DNA of 64,000 nt. Origin: an uncultured delta proteobacterium (GTDB taxonomy: Bacteria > Desulfobacterota > Desulfuromonadia > Geobacterales > Pseudopelobacteraceae). Location of the stretch: the NCBI GenBank assembly GCA_963772835.1, contig CAVYYZ010000002.1:160001-224000 (forward strand). Direction: 5' to 3'. Positions 38,996 through 48,915 of this stretch are shown here, in pieces. Every line of letters begins with the position of its first letter. Position 1 is the first letter of the stretch. Both the position numbers and the translations under genes were made by a program. The notes under the pieces were generated by a model. The model was not told the DNA's origin and did no database searches. It saw only the letters and a program-made list of their open reading frames with translations.

Positions 38996-39019
38996 CGCAT
39001 TACAGACAAAGGAGTTGTT

Positions 39020-42000
39020 ATGGAACCAGCGCTTAACACAAAGATTCTCAACCGAGGCAGGGAGTTTTTTTCCACAATTTCCGGGGAAAAACCTTCACTC
39101 TTCAACAAAGGCGCCTGGATGGGTAAAGTGATGGACTGGAGCATGCGGAACGAGCAGTTCAAGATTCAGATGTTCCGCTTCGTAGATGCATTCCCTTCTC
39201 TGACAACATCAAAACTGCTGACTGACCATATACGTGAATATTTTGGAGAAGAAAAGGATATGCCGCCCGTACTCCAGACCGGCGCAAAGATGGCCGGAAT
39301 GCTCGGTTCGCTGGGTGGGGCGGTATTAAACAAGGTGATTTCAGCTAACATCCAGGAGATGGCCCGTCAGTTTATCGTCGGCGAAAACACCAAAGAAGCG
39401 GTCAAAAACATAGAGAAGCTGCGGAAAGACGGGTTTGCCGCTGTCGTGGATGTTTTGGGTGAAGCAACTTTGACTGAACAGGAAGCTGAAGAGTATGTGA
39501 CTACATATCTGGAAGTGCTGGAGAGCCTAAAAAAAGAACAGCAGGGGTGGAAAGGTCTACCGGGCCGTGGAGGTGATCTAAACCTGGATTGGGGGCATGC
39601 CCCGAAAATCAATGTGGCAGTAAAGCCGACCGCACTCTTCGCTCTGGCAAATCCGCAGGATTTTGAGGGATCGGTAGAAGCCATGCTGTTGCAGATACGG
39701 CGCATTGCAGAGCGGGTAGTTGATCTCGGTGGTTTCCTCTGTATCGATATGGAGTCGTATCGTCACAAAGGTATCATCATCGAACTGTATAAACGCCTTA
39801 AACTTGAGTACCTGGACTACCCGCACATCGGCATCGTACTGCAGGCCTACCTCAAAGACACCGATCAGGATCTGGCCGACCTGCTTTCTTGGGCGGAACA
39901 ACACAACACCCGGATTTCAGTGCGCCTGGTAAAAGGCGCCTACTGGGACTACGAAACGGTTAAGGCCAAACAGAATGGATGGGAGATCCCGGTCTGGACA
40001 ATCAAAGCAGAAAGTGATGCCGCTTTTGAGCGCCAGGCCCGCATGATTCTGGAAAAACAGCAGATCTGCCACTTCGCCTGCGCTTCTCACAACATCCGCA
40101 CCATCTCAGCCGTACTGGAGACCGCGGCAGAACTGAATGTCCCCGAATCTCGTTACGAGTTCCAGGTGCTGTACGGGATGGCCGAACCTGTCAGAAAAGG
40201 CATCCTCAAAGTGGTCGGACGGATACGGCTCTACGCCCCTTACGGTAACATGGTGCCGGGCATGGGGTATCTTGTGCGGCGGTTGCTGGAGAACACCGCC
40301 AATGAATCGTTCCTGCGCCAGAGCTTTGCCGAGGACGCCCAGATTGAGCGACTGTTGGAGGACCCTGCCATAACTGCCGGACGCCTGCGGGCCGAACGCT
40401 CAGCAAAACCTCGCAAGGCAGTGACCGGTCCGGGCGGACTGACGCGCTTTGCCAACGAACCGATGGTTGACTTCACACGGGCCGACCACCGTGCGGCCTT
40501 CCCGCACGCCATAGCTCAGGTGCGCATGCAGTTCGGAAAGAGCTATCCGCTCTACATTAACGGCAAAGAGCTGAAAACGGCAGAATTGATCGATACGGTC
40601 AACCCGGCCAATCCGGCCGAAATACTGGGCAGGATTTCCCAGGCGGGAGTGGATGAAGCAAAAATGGCGGTGGCTGCTGCCAAAAATGCGTTCCCGGCCT
40701 GGCGCGACACTGCTCCACGAGTACGTGCCGAGTTCCTGCTGAAGGGCGCAGCAGCAGCCCGAAGACGCATTTTTGAGCTCTCCGCCTGGCAGGTTCTTGA
40801 AATTGGAAAACAGTGGGATCAGGCGTTTGCAGATGTTACTGAAGCGATTGATTTTCTGGAATACTATGCACGTGAAATGATCCGCTACGGAGAACCGCAG
40901 CGAATCGGCAACGCTCCGGGGGAAATAAATCAGTATTTCTACGAACCAAAGGGAATTGCCGCAATCATATCGCCCTGGAACTTCCCGCTTGCCATAAGCC
41001 TGGGAATGGCCGCAGCTGCGATCGTAACCGGCAACACGGTCATCTTCAAACCTTCCAACGTAACCGGCATTATCGGTTGGAACCTTGTGGAGATTTTCCG
41101 GGAGGCAGGCCTGCCGGACGGTGTTTTCAACTACATCCCGGGTAAAGGCTCGGTAATCGGCGACTATATGGTCGATCACCCCGATGTATCACTGATCGCG
41201 TTCACCGGGTCGGTTGAAACCGGCCTGCGCATCATAGATCGCGCCGCAAAGGTTCATCCAGGCCAGATAAACGTCAAAAAAATCATCTCCGAAATGGGTG
41301 GTAAAAATGCCATTATCATCGATGACGACGCTGATCTGGACGAGGCTGTGCCGCACGTGCTGTATTCGGCCTTTGCCTTCCAGGGGCAGAAATGTTCAGC
41401 CTGCTCGCGGGTGATTGTACTGGATGCCGTCTATGACAGGTTTGTTGAGCGTCTCGTCAAGGCCGCCCGGGTCTATCAAGTGGGGCCGTCAGAAGATCCG
41501 AAATACAGCATGGGAGCCGTATCAGATGCTTCAGCTCAGAAGAGTATTCTGGATTATATTGAAATCGGCACCCGCGAGGGAGAGCTGCTCTACTCCAGTC
41601 CGGTGCCGTCAAATAATGGCTACTGGGTTCCGTTGACAATCATCGGCGGCATCACTCCCGTACATCGCATCTCTCAGGAAGAGATCTTCGGACCGGTTCT
41701 CGCTGTCATGAGAGCACGGGATTTCGACCAGGCGCTCGAGTGGGCCAACTCGACACGGTTCGCCCTGACCGGCGGAATATTCAGCCGCAGCCCGGAGCAT
41801 CTCGTCCGTGCGCGACGGGAATTCCGGGTCGGAAATCTTTATATCAACCGTAATAACACGGGAGCACTGGTTGATCGACAACCCTTCGGCGGTTCACGTA
41901 TGTCCGGTGTCGGCACCAAAGCAGGCGGCCCCGACTATCTGCTGCATTTCATGGATCCCAGGGTTGTTACGGAGAACACTATGCGGAGGGGTTTTGCACC

Positions 42001-42031
42001 CATAGAAGAGGATGATGATTGGGTGGAATAA
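39020..42031 (+). CDS. putA: bifunctional proline dehydrogenase / P5C dehydrogenase
   Basis: RLVKGAYWD, ASHN, YLVRRLLEN, EMGGKN, FQGQKCSACS, EEIFGP. Confidence 0.96.
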   Translation: MEPALNTKILNRGREFFSTISGEKPSLFNKGAWMGKVMDWSMRNEQFKIQMFRFVDAFPSLTTSKLLTDHIREYFGEEKDMPPVLQTGAKMAGMLGSLGGAVLNKVISANIQEMARQFIVGENTKEAVKNIEKLRKDGFAAVVDVLGEATLTEQEAEEYVTTYLEVLESLKKEQQGWKGLPGRGGDLNLDWGHAPKINVAVKPTALFALANPQDFEGSVEAMLLQIRRIAERVVDLGGFLCIDMESYRHKGIIIELYKRLKLEYLDYPHIGIVLQAYLKDTDQDLADLLSWAEQHNTRISVRLVKGAYWDYETVKAKQNGWEIPVWTIKAESDAAFERQARMILEKQQICHFACASHNIRTISAVLETAAELNVPESRYEFQVLYGMAEPVRKGILKVVGRIRLYAPYGNMVPGMGYLVRRLLENTANESFLRQSFAEDAQIERLLEDPAITAGRLRAERSAKPRKAVTGPGGLTRFANEPMVDFTRADHRAAFPHAIAQVRMQFGKSYPLYINGKELKTAELIDTVNPANPAEILGRISQAGVDEAKMAVAAAKNAFPAWRDTAPRVRAEFLLKGAAAARRRIFELSAWQVLEIGKQWDQAFADVTEAIDFLEYYAREMIRYGEPQRIGNAPGEINQYFYEPKGIAAIISPWNFPLAISLGMAAAAIVTGNTVIFKPSNVTGIIGWNLVEIFREAGLPDGVFNYIPGKGSVIGDYMVDHPDVSLIAFTGSVETGLRIIDRAAKVHPGQINVKKIISEMGGKNAIIIDDDADLDEAVPHVLYSAFAFQGQKCSACSRVIVLDAVYDRFVERLVKAARVYQVGPSEDPKYSMGAVSDASAQKSILDYIEIGTREGELLYSSPVPSNNGYWVPLTIIGGITPVHRISQEEIFGPVLAVMRARDFDQALEWANSTRFALTGGIFSRSPEHLVRARREFRVGNLYINRNNTGALVDRQPFGGSRMSGVGTKAGGPDYLLHFMDPRVVTENTMRRGFAPIEEDDDWVE

Positions 42032-42123
42032 GAATAAGAGTAAACGTATATATACCTGCCAGAGAGACGCAGGACAACGGGGCATGTACTAAAAAATGGT
42101 GTTACATCTGATTATTCAATGTT

Positions 42124-43056
42124 TCAGCCCCTTTGCTCTGCGTTACTCAATGGTTTAGCTCCGGCCGCCAATCGGACATTGAGAAATACCGACAGCAGCA
42201 CGACTGCCATGCCAAACGCCTGCAGCGGGGCGATCCGTTCCTTCAGCACTGCGGCTACGCAAACCAATGAAAAAATCGGCACTAACAGAGCACAATTGGA
42301 GGAGCGGCCAATCGGGATCATCCGCAGCGCCTTGTTCCAGAATATAAAGGCTACCGCTGTCGGGAACACACCCAGATAGGCCACCAGCAGCATGTCCAGA
42401 GCGGAAATAGACCACTGCATCGGGTAGAACGGCAACAGACAGAGCAGGAACAACAGCCCGGACAGATTCAACAGGAACATACCGGCCGTAACGGTAAAGC
42501 TGGCATGCTTGATCAGAACGCAAAACAGGGCAAAACTGAATGCCGTGCCGAGCGCCAGTGCCGCGCCGGTTGAAATCGGGAGGTCACCCAATCCGGCTCC
42601 TGTGGAAACCAGAATACACACCCCGGCAAACCCCAAAACTACGCAGCTTATCGCCCTCCATTCAACTTTTTCACGAAAAAACAGCCACGAAAGCGGCAGC
42701 ATCATGAGCGGATACGTATAGTGGAGAATTATCGCCTGACTGGCCGGAATATATTCGTATGTTTTCAGACAGAGAAACTGCTGAACACCCAGACCGATAA
42801 TCCCTGCTATCGGGAAAAACAGAGGGCGCTGACGGAATTCAGCAATAATAACCGGAATGCGCCGTTCGCACACCAGGATAGAGAACAGCGCCAGTGTGGC
42901 CCAGAGGGCGATCCAGACCACGACGGAATAACTGTTCATGCGGGTAACGGCACTCTTAAAACCCGTGCCGAGCGTGGCAAACATGGCCACCGCCAGCAAG
43001 GCATAGAATGTACCTTTGAATGTTTCAGTTTCAGCCCTGGCGGCTGTTACTAGCAT
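42124..43056 (-). CDS. DMT/EamA family transporter
   Basis: 10 TM pattern, YTYPL, LKERI; ATG 43056 overlaps the upstream gene end. Confidence 0.85.
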   Translation of the reverse strand: MLVTAARAETETFKGTFYALLAVAMFATLGTGFKSAVTRMNSYSVVVWIALWATLALFSILVCERRIPVIIAEFRQRPLFFPIAGIIGLGVQQFLCLKTYEYIPASQAIILHYTYPLMMLPLSWLFFREKVEWRAISCVVLGFAGVCILVSTGAGLGDLPISTGAALALGTAFSFALFCVLIKHASFTVTAGMFLLNLSGLLFLLCLLPFYPMQWSISALDMLLVAYLGVFPTAVAFIFWNKALRMIPIGRSSNCALLVPIFSLVCVAAVLKERIAPLQAFGMAVVLLSVFLNVRLAAGAKPLSNAEQRG

Positions 43057-43313
43057 GCAGCAAGTCTGATGACAGGTCTCAGCAGGGTATTGCTGCAGGA
43101 GCGTGGCTTTCCAAGGACCCATTCGGCCTTTCGCAAGGCCTCAGCCACAACGCCCTGACGAGCTGCAATTTCGTAACTGCCGCCTGCTGAGATCAGATAA
43201 TCCCGACCGTCTCCACATGTCAACCAGAGGGTCCCGCTTGTACAACGAAGGACAACGCCATCCGGACCACCGTCCAACCGTATCAATTCCCCCAATGCAA
43301 GACAACATTCCAT
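43050..43313 (-). CDS. DUF2917-like small protein
   Basis: C.SGTLWLT..DGRDYLI.AG motif; divergent from MocR regulator. Confidence 0.75.
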   Translation of the reverse strand: MECCLALGELIRLDGGPDGVVLRCTSGTLWLTCGDGRDYLISAGGSYEIAARQGVVAEALRKAEWVLGKPRSCSNTLLRPVIRLAAC

Positions 43314-43369
43314 GGCACACTCCCCGCTTGTTTGTAATGATGGCACACTATACCCCCCTCTGATAAAAT

Positions 43370-43454
43370 AACAGATACAGAGAATCACTTTTGTAACCAT
43401 AACAGTTTCATGATATACAAATTGTACCCATACATAAGAGCACTAATTGTACCT
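43370..43454. promoter_or_regulatory. MocR-type operator region
   Basis: repeats TTGTAACC (43391), TTGTACCC (43422), TTGTACCT (43447) plus AACAGATACAG. Confidence 0.45.
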
Positions 43455-43482
43455 GCAAGATTCGTGAAGAGGGGAGTATGCT

Positions 43483-44937
43483 GTGGCAATGATACATGGA
43501 CAAAAAAATAGTTCCGGACACTCACTGCTGTATGAGCAGGTGGCAGGAGAAATCGCCGGTCTGGTTGACCAGGGGACCTTCAGACCCGGAGACCGGCTCC
43601 CCTCCATCAGGCAGCTCAGCAGCCGGTTTGATGTGAGTATTAACACCGTCATGCAGGCTTATGCACTGTTGGAGGACAAGCGCTTGATTCAGGCCCGGCC
43701 GCAGTCCGGATACTATGTCCGCAGCCGGGTCCCGGAGATACGTGAGCCGGATCTTCAGTCCAGATCCTTTATTGCTCCGACAACCGTTACAATCAGTGAC
43801 CTCTGTCAACAGGTCATGCGCAACATGATGAACCGTGACCTGCTGCCGTTAGGAAGCGCCATTCCGAGCGCACAGAATCTACCGATCGACAAACTCAACC
43901 GTATTATGGCAAGTGAACTGCGACGGTGCGGAGAGCAGAGCGTCCTCTATCAGATGCCACCCGGGTATGAACGCCTGCGTGTTCAAATTGCCCGCCGGGC
44001 TCTTGTTGCCGGAATCAGCAGTGGACCCGACGACATTCTGGTGACATCCGGCTGCGTTGAAGCCGTTTTACTCGCATTGCGCGCCACCTGCCGCGCAGGA
44101 GATACGATAGCGGTCGAGTCCCCCTTTTACTTCAATTTCATGCAGATGATCGCCGAACTCGGGCTGAAGGCTCTGGAAATTCCTGCGACACCCCGCGACG
44201 GCATCAGTATCGAGGCACTCCGTTATGCCATCGAGCATGAAAAGATCAGCGCCTGCCTGGTCATTACCAATTTCAGCAACCCTCTGGGGAGTCTGATGCC
44301 GGATGATCGGAAACGCGAACTGGTGGAACTTCTGGCCCGTCACGAAATCCCTCTGATCGAGGATGATATATACGGTGACCTGACTTTCGGGAACGAGCGG
44401 CCCACTGCCGCAAAATCATTTGACCGTTCGGATCTTGTGATATACTGCTCATCATTTTCAAAAACAATTGCCCCCGGTTATCGTGTCGGATGGGCGATTG
44501 CCGGTCGCTACCAGGCGGAGATGGAACGGATCAAGATGATCATGAATGTCGCCCCCGCCTCCCCTACACAGATAGCACTGGCCGGTTTTCTGGCAACCGG
44601 AGGCTATGATCACCACCTGAGAAATATCCGGAGGGTCCACGCCCGAAACATTTCTCAAATGGGTGAAGCGGTAGTCCGCTACTTCCCTGCCGGCACTCGA
44701 ATGACTCACCCTGCCGGAGGATTTATACTCTGGATAGAAATGCCGGAGGGAACCGACGCCATCCAACTGTATCACCGTGCCTTGAAGCAGGGGATCAGTA
44801 TCGTGCCCGGCCCGCTCTTTTCACTCTCAAATAAATACGGTAACCATATCCGGCTTTCTGCGGCGCAGTGGGACGGACGAATTGAGCAGGGAATCAAGAC
44901 ACTGGGGGCATTGGCTCATGAACTGCTGCCGGGCTGA
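43483..44937 (+). CDS. MocR/GabR-family PLP-dependent regulator
   Basis: GntR wHTH (LPSIRQLS, RPQSGYYV) plus aminotransferase domain (EDDIY, SFSKTIAPGYRVGW). Confidence 0.94.
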   Translation: MAMIHGQKNSSGHSLLYEQVAGEIAGLVDQGTFRPGDRLPSIRQLSSRFDVSINTVMQAYALLEDKRLIQARPQSGYYVRSRVPEIREPDLQSRSFIAPTTVTISDLCQQVMRNMMNRDLLPLGSAIPSAQNLPIDKLNRIMASELRRCGEQSVLYQMPPGYERLRVQIARRALVAGISSGPDDILVTSGCVEAVLLALRATCRAGDTIAVESPFYFNFMQMIAELGLKALEIPATPRDGISIEALRYAIEHEKISACLVITNFSNPLGSLMPDDRKRELVELLARHEIPLIEDDIYGDLTFGNERPTAAKSFDRSDLVIYCSSFSKTIAPGYRVGWAIAGRYQAEMERIKMIMNVAPASPTQIALAGFLATGGYDHHLRNIRRVHARNISQMGEAVVRYFPAGTRMTHPAGGFILWIEMPEGTDAIQLYHRALKQGISIVPGPLFSLSNKYGNHIRLSAAQWDGRIEQGIKTLGALAHELLPG

Positions 44938-44960
44938 GCTTACAAGGTTTTCGGGACACA

Positions 44961-45680
44961 ATGTCAGACCCCTTTGAAATAAAAGACAGCAGTGTAGTGC
45001 GGACCGCACTTAAAGCGGCGTGGCCGATCTGTCTCGGTTATTTTCCAATCGGCCTTTCGCTGGGGGTTCTGGCTCAAAAGAGCGGCCTGGCCCCCTGGCA
45101 GATGGCAACCATGTCGCTGTTGGTCTTTGCAGGAGGCTCCCAGTTCATCGCCGTGGCAATGCTGGGTGCAGCGGCATCACCGCTTGCGATCGTTTCCACA
45201 GTGTTTATGGTCAACTTGCGCCACCTGCTGATGAGTTCCGCTCTGGCCGTATATTTTCCCGGCGTTTCCCGCCGCTTTCTGGCACTTTTCGCATATGGTA
45301 TTACCGATGAAAGCTTCGCCGTCAACCTGAACCGCTTCAGCAGTGGCGGCTGGGACCCCCGCAGTGCCTTGATCCTCAATCATGCAGCCAACACAACCTG
45401 GGTCGTCAGCAGCGTGATCGGAGTCTATCTGGGCCAACTGGTTCCACCCGGAACGGCGGGAGTCGACTATGCTCTGACCGGAATGTTCATCTGCCTGCTC
45501 GTCTTCCAGCTGCGCAGCCCGATCTTCACCGTTACCGCCCTGATAGCTGCTGCCTGCTCCCTGGCGGCCTATCTCTGGCTGCCTGGCTACGCCTATGTGA
45601 TCATAGCATCCTGCCTTGCGGCCACTGCCGGGCTGTTTTTGAAGCGTATCATGCGGAAACGGGAGGAGTTCCATGAATAA
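44961..45680 (+). CDS. azlC: AzlC-family amino acid exporter
   Basis: FAGGSQF, VNLRHLLM, ITDESFA. Confidence 0.92.
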   Translation: MSDPFEIKDSSVVRTALKAAWPICLGYFPIGLSLGVLAQKSGLAPWQMATMSLLVFAGGSQFIAVAMLGAAASPLAIVSTVFMVNLRHLLMSSALAVYFPGVSRRFLALFAYGITDESFAVNLNRFSSGGWDPRSALILNHAANTTWVVSSVIGVYLGQLVPPGTAGVDYALTGMFICLLVFQLRSPIFTVTALIAAACSLAAYLWLPGYAYVIIASCLAATAGLFLKRIMRKREEFHE

Positions 45681-45996
45681 TCGGGACTTTCTGCTGTTGA
45701 TGCTGGCGATGGGGGGGGTGACCTACCTGCCCCGCCTGCTCCCGTTGGTAATGCTTTCCCGCCGCACACTGCCGGGATGGTTTGCCGAATGGCTGGAACT
45801 GATCCCGGCTGCAATCCTGAGCGCCCTGATCGCACCAACCCTTTTTGCGCACTCGGACCCAAGGATTTTTACTCTCGGCAAAGCAGAGTTACTAGCGGCC
45901 ATTCCTACCTTGCTGTGCGCCCTCAGAATCCGCTCTCTGGCCGTGACAGTAGTGGTAGGTATGCTCTGTTACTGGGGCCTGAAGCAGGTGATGTAA
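45673..45996 (+). CDS. azlD: AzlD-family small membrane subunit
   Basis: TYLPRLLP, PAAILSALIAP; overlaps azlC. Confidence 0.9.
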   Translation: MNNRDFLLLMLAMGGVTYLPRLLPLVMLSRRTLPGWFAEWLELIPAAILSALIAPTLFAHSDPRIFTLGKAELLAAIPTLLCALRIRSLAVTVVVGMLCYWGLKQVM

Positions 45997-46043
45997 TTGT
46001 AAGAGTCAGAATCCAGGCGTACCGGCGGTAGAATCCGTTATAT

Positions 46044-46078
46044 AAAAAACAGGCCGTTCCAAAAAGGAAACGGCCTGT
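46044..46078 (-). terminator. intrinsic terminator of the Met-rich operon
   Basis: ACAGGCCGTT / AACGGCCTGT stem with T6 on the minus strand. Confidence 0.7.
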
Positions 46079-46110
46079 ATACTGTGTTCGATTAAAAAAG
46101 ACAGGTGGGA

Positions 46111-46989
46111 TTACATCATACCACCGCCCGTGATTGCGGGGACTGTCCCGGTCCCGCTGAAAACCGTACTCCCCATCATCCCCCCCCGAAATGCAGCAGA
46201 CATGTTGCGAAACGGCTGCCCGGTGCCTGTCATCGGCATACCGGACAAGGTGGTTGTCATCGTTCCCATCAGATTTGTCATGGCAGTCTGGGCGCCCGGA
46301 CTCGAACCGCTGATCGAGGACATGTTGCTGAAGATCGTTCCCATCATGTAGCGGTAACGATTAACATCCAGAGTGGTGATCGAACCGTTCGTATTGAGGA
46401 CCTGAGCCATCTGGCTCCCCATCAGCCCGGCAATATTCTGGGCTGTAGTGTGCATGAGCGTGTTGTTGGTCGTCATGTAATCGGCCAGCATGTTCGTCCC
46501 AGACGCCATGCCAAGCTTCGCCGCCAGATCGTTCATCGCCTGCTGAATAGTGGTGTATTTACCGGTTTCCATCATCTCGCGCAGTTGCGTCGACATGGGG
46601 CTGATGAAGTTGCTGCTGACCGTGCCGGTGATGGATGTGGCAGGCATGCTGAGAATGTAGCTGTTCTGTACGGCTGTTCCGGTGTCCTTGTCAATGGTTA
46701 CCCCTTTGGTTGCCATGGCCACGATTGGATATTTGCCCACATCGGCGGGATCAACGGTAAGAGTATAGGCTCCGTCCTTGTCGCTGATGGCGGACGGCTC
46801 GCCCGCATCCAGCTGATAATTGCCGTTTTTGTCAAGAAATACTGTCGCATGGACCAGATACCCGTCAGCAACTTTTCCGGAAACCGAGGATGTCGAACTG
46901 CCTGGAGATGTTGTCGAACCGCTTGTGCCGCAACCGGCTATAATGCCTGCAGAAAAAATCGTAAGTAGTGCAAAAATCTTCGTTTTCAT
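46111..46989 (-). CDS. Met-rich lipoprotein with SdrD-B/prealbumin-like N-terminal domain
   Basis: lipobox IAGC, GKVADGYL..ATVFLDKNGNYQLDAGEP; more than 20 Met in the C-terminal half. Confidence 0.75.
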   Translation of the reverse strand: MKTKIFALLTIFSAGIIAGCGTSGSTTSPGSSTSSVSGKVADGYLVHATVFLDKNGNYQLDAGEPSAISDKDGAYTLTVDPADVGKYPIVAMATKGVTIDKDTGTAVQNSYILSMPATSITGTVSSNFISPMSTQLREMMETGKYTTIQQAMNDLAAKLGMASGTNMLADYMTTNNTLMHTTAQNIAGLMGSQMAQVLNTNGSITTLDVNRYRYMMGTIFSNMSSISGSSPGAQTAMTNLMGTMTTTLSGMPMTGTGQPFRNMSAAFRGGMMGSTVFSGTGTVPAITGGGMM

Positions 46990-47016
46990 GATAATTCTCC
47001 TTTTTGTGCTGATTCG

Positions 47017-47877
47017 TTAAAAATCGTAATACACCGCTAATCCGGATCCAAAATCGGGGCTGCCGGTGGTAATCCCCCGGGCAATGTAACCTTCGATACC
47101 GGTGTTATTCGTTGCCTGATATTTCAGCTTCAGCCGGACTTCCAGCAGATCGCTTACCCCGTCGGCTGTCGAAGTGCTCCCCTTGACGAGAAGCATGGGA
47201 CGGAAACGTTCGGTAACCTGATACCCCGCACCTGCGTTATAGTTCATATAGTTTTTGAGGGAAAGGTCCGGGCTCTTTCCCTGTACTGTGTAGCCCGCTT
47301 CGACAAACGGGTTCCAGTTGCCGAGCCACTTTGAAATCTCTACGGCAAACCCTTCATCAAATTCCCCGGTTCCCAGCGACTTGTTCTTATCTGCAGTTGG
47401 AAATTTGATAAAAACCGTGGGACGGATTTGCGGCATTGACTCTTTCTCGGGTACCAGCACATAACCAAGCCTGAACGTTATGTCACCAAGTCCGCTTTCC
47501 GACTGATTAGAAGCTGCCGAAGAGGAAGACATTCCGGATCCGGACATATTGCCTGTTCCACCGGTCGGCAGCATCGTTGTTTTGGTGGTCGGCATGCCTC
47601 CGCGGGCAACACTGGAAACGACATTGCCGTTACTCTGGTACACATAAGGGATTTCAAGCGACAAACCAAGGCGATCGACAGGGGTTATCATAATGGAAAA
47701 AGGAGCATAAATAGCGTCTGTCCGGGTATTCGTGCCATATTTTCCGCTACTGAATTCAAAACCCTGGCCGATAGAAAACGGGTATTCTGTCGCTTGAACG
47801 ACAGGGGGCAATACAATCACCGTCAACAAAACCAGTAAACTTCCTGCTGTTATCCGTCCACATGTATTCACGTTCAT
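47017..47877 (-). CDS. outer membrane beta-barrel (COG4313/MetA-pathway-like)
   Basis: signal peptide, SGLGD, FPTAD...LGTG, C-terminal YYDF. Confidence 0.7.
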   Translation of the reverse strand: MNVNTCGRITAGSLLVLLTVIVLPPVVQATEYPFSIGQGFEFSSGKYGTNTRTDAIYAPFSIMITPVDRLGLSLEIPYVYQSNGNVVSSVARGGMPTTKTTMLPTGGTGNMSGSGMSSSSAASNQSESGLGDITFRLGYVLVPEKESMPQIRPTVFIKFPTADKNKSLGTGEFDEGFAVEISKWLGNWNPFVEAGYTVQGKSPDLSLKNYMNYNAGAGYQVTERFRPMLLVKGSTSTADGVSDLLEVRLKLKYQATNNTGIEGYIARGITTGSPDFGSGLAVYYDF

Positions 47878-47908
47878 ATCTCCTGTGTGATGCCGCGCAA
47901 TCTGTTCC

Positions 47909-48445
47909 TCAGCGCCGCATCATGCCTCCTCCGCTCCTCATCATACCGCCACCCTGACTTCTCATGCTGCCACCTGGCCGCTCCGACCGCATGCTGTTCG
48001 TCTCCCTCCCGGACCAGGCGGGCTCACCCATGTCACTACGCATTTCCACCTGGGCACCGGTGGTCCGGTTTTCCAGTTTCTGTGTCAAAATGTACGATTT
48101 CCCGTCTTTACCCTGAGCCTTGGACCCCTTGACCGAAAGTTCATCATTCATGTTGATGGCAATCCCGTTCTTTTCCCAGTACGACCCGGGACCGACACAG
48201 ATGTTCAGGATTTCATTGCCGCTCTTTATTTCTACAATGACGTTTTCCTGTTCTCCAAAGTGCGGCAGAGTTACTACCCGGCCTGATTTTGTACTCACCG
48301 TGTTCACGTCATAACCCCCGGTGAAATCCAGGCCGCTTTTCCCCCTGTCGTCGGTGCCGAAAAAGCCTGCAGACGCCGAACTGAGCAGATAACAGTTCAA
48401 GAGGATTACGCCCATACAGATTAAAGAAAAACGGCGAGGTGTCAT
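47909..48445 (-). CDS. exported OB-fold-like protein (MamS/MamX-like domain) with Gly/Met tail
   Basis: YDVNTV, VGP..YW, VKGSK, R...GEPAW; tail GGGMMRSGGGMMRR. Confidence 0.6.
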   Translation of the reverse strand: MTPRRFSLICMGVILLNCYLLSSASAGFFGTDDRGKSGLDFTGGYDVNTVSTKSGRVVTLPHFGEQENVIVEIKSGNEILNICVGPGSYWEKNGIAINMNDELSVKGSKAQGKDGKSYILTQKLENRTTGAQVEMRSDMGEPAWSGRETNSMRSERPGGSMRSQGGGMMRSGGGMMRR

Positions 48446-48463
48446 GTAAACAACTCCTTACGT

Positions 48464-48748
48464 TCATTGTTTCGTTGTTGTCGTCGGCACTGTCACATCA
48501 GGTGTCATCTGCTGCATGGTTGTCCCCGTAGCAGACATTACGATGGTCTTGGCACCGTTACCGGTACCGTTCATACGGGCAGTGGAGGTCATAGAACCGG
48601 CCGGTGTCATCATTCTAGAACCTGAATTGATGGTCGTGGACCGGGCAGAGGACATTGATTGTCCCCCTTTTGTGCCCCCCATGGCAAATGCCTGGGTAAC
48701 AAGGGTTAGAGCGGCGATTACTGCTGCGGCAGTGATTTTTTTCATCAT
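48464..48748 (-). CDS. small secreted Met/Thr-rich low-complexity protein
   Basis: AGGAGG SD, signal peptide ending AFA, mature 72 aa with 9 Met and 17 Thr. Confidence 0.75.
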   Translation of the reverse strand: MMKKITAAAVIAALTLVTQAFAMGGTKGGQSMSSARSTTINSGSRMMTPAGSMTSTARMNGTGNGAKTIVMSATGTTMQQMTPDVTVPTTTTKQ

Positions 48749-48788
48749 GTAATACCTCCTTGGGGTTGTTGTTTCTGCACGGAGATAA

Positions 48789-48914
48789 TCCACATACTGT
48801 GCCAATAAGAAACTCAGCATAACACACTGATATTACGTGTTTAATATTCATGAGCTTCCGTAATTCCGTCACTTTATGTGCAATTAATTGCACGTCATGA
48901 GAAGCATATTGCAC
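48789..48914 (-). promoter_or_regulatory. sigma54-like promoter (degenerate -12) with tandem enhancer sites
   Basis: TTGGCAC-N5-GTGGA (48789-48805); perfect 16-bp palindrome GTGCAATTAATTGCAC (48878-48893) and weaker copy 21 bp away. Confidence 0.6.
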
Positions 48915-48915
48915 C

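Noticed and set aside
46105..46968. 287-aa plus-strand ORF
   Set aside because: Antisense shadow of the lipoprotein gene.
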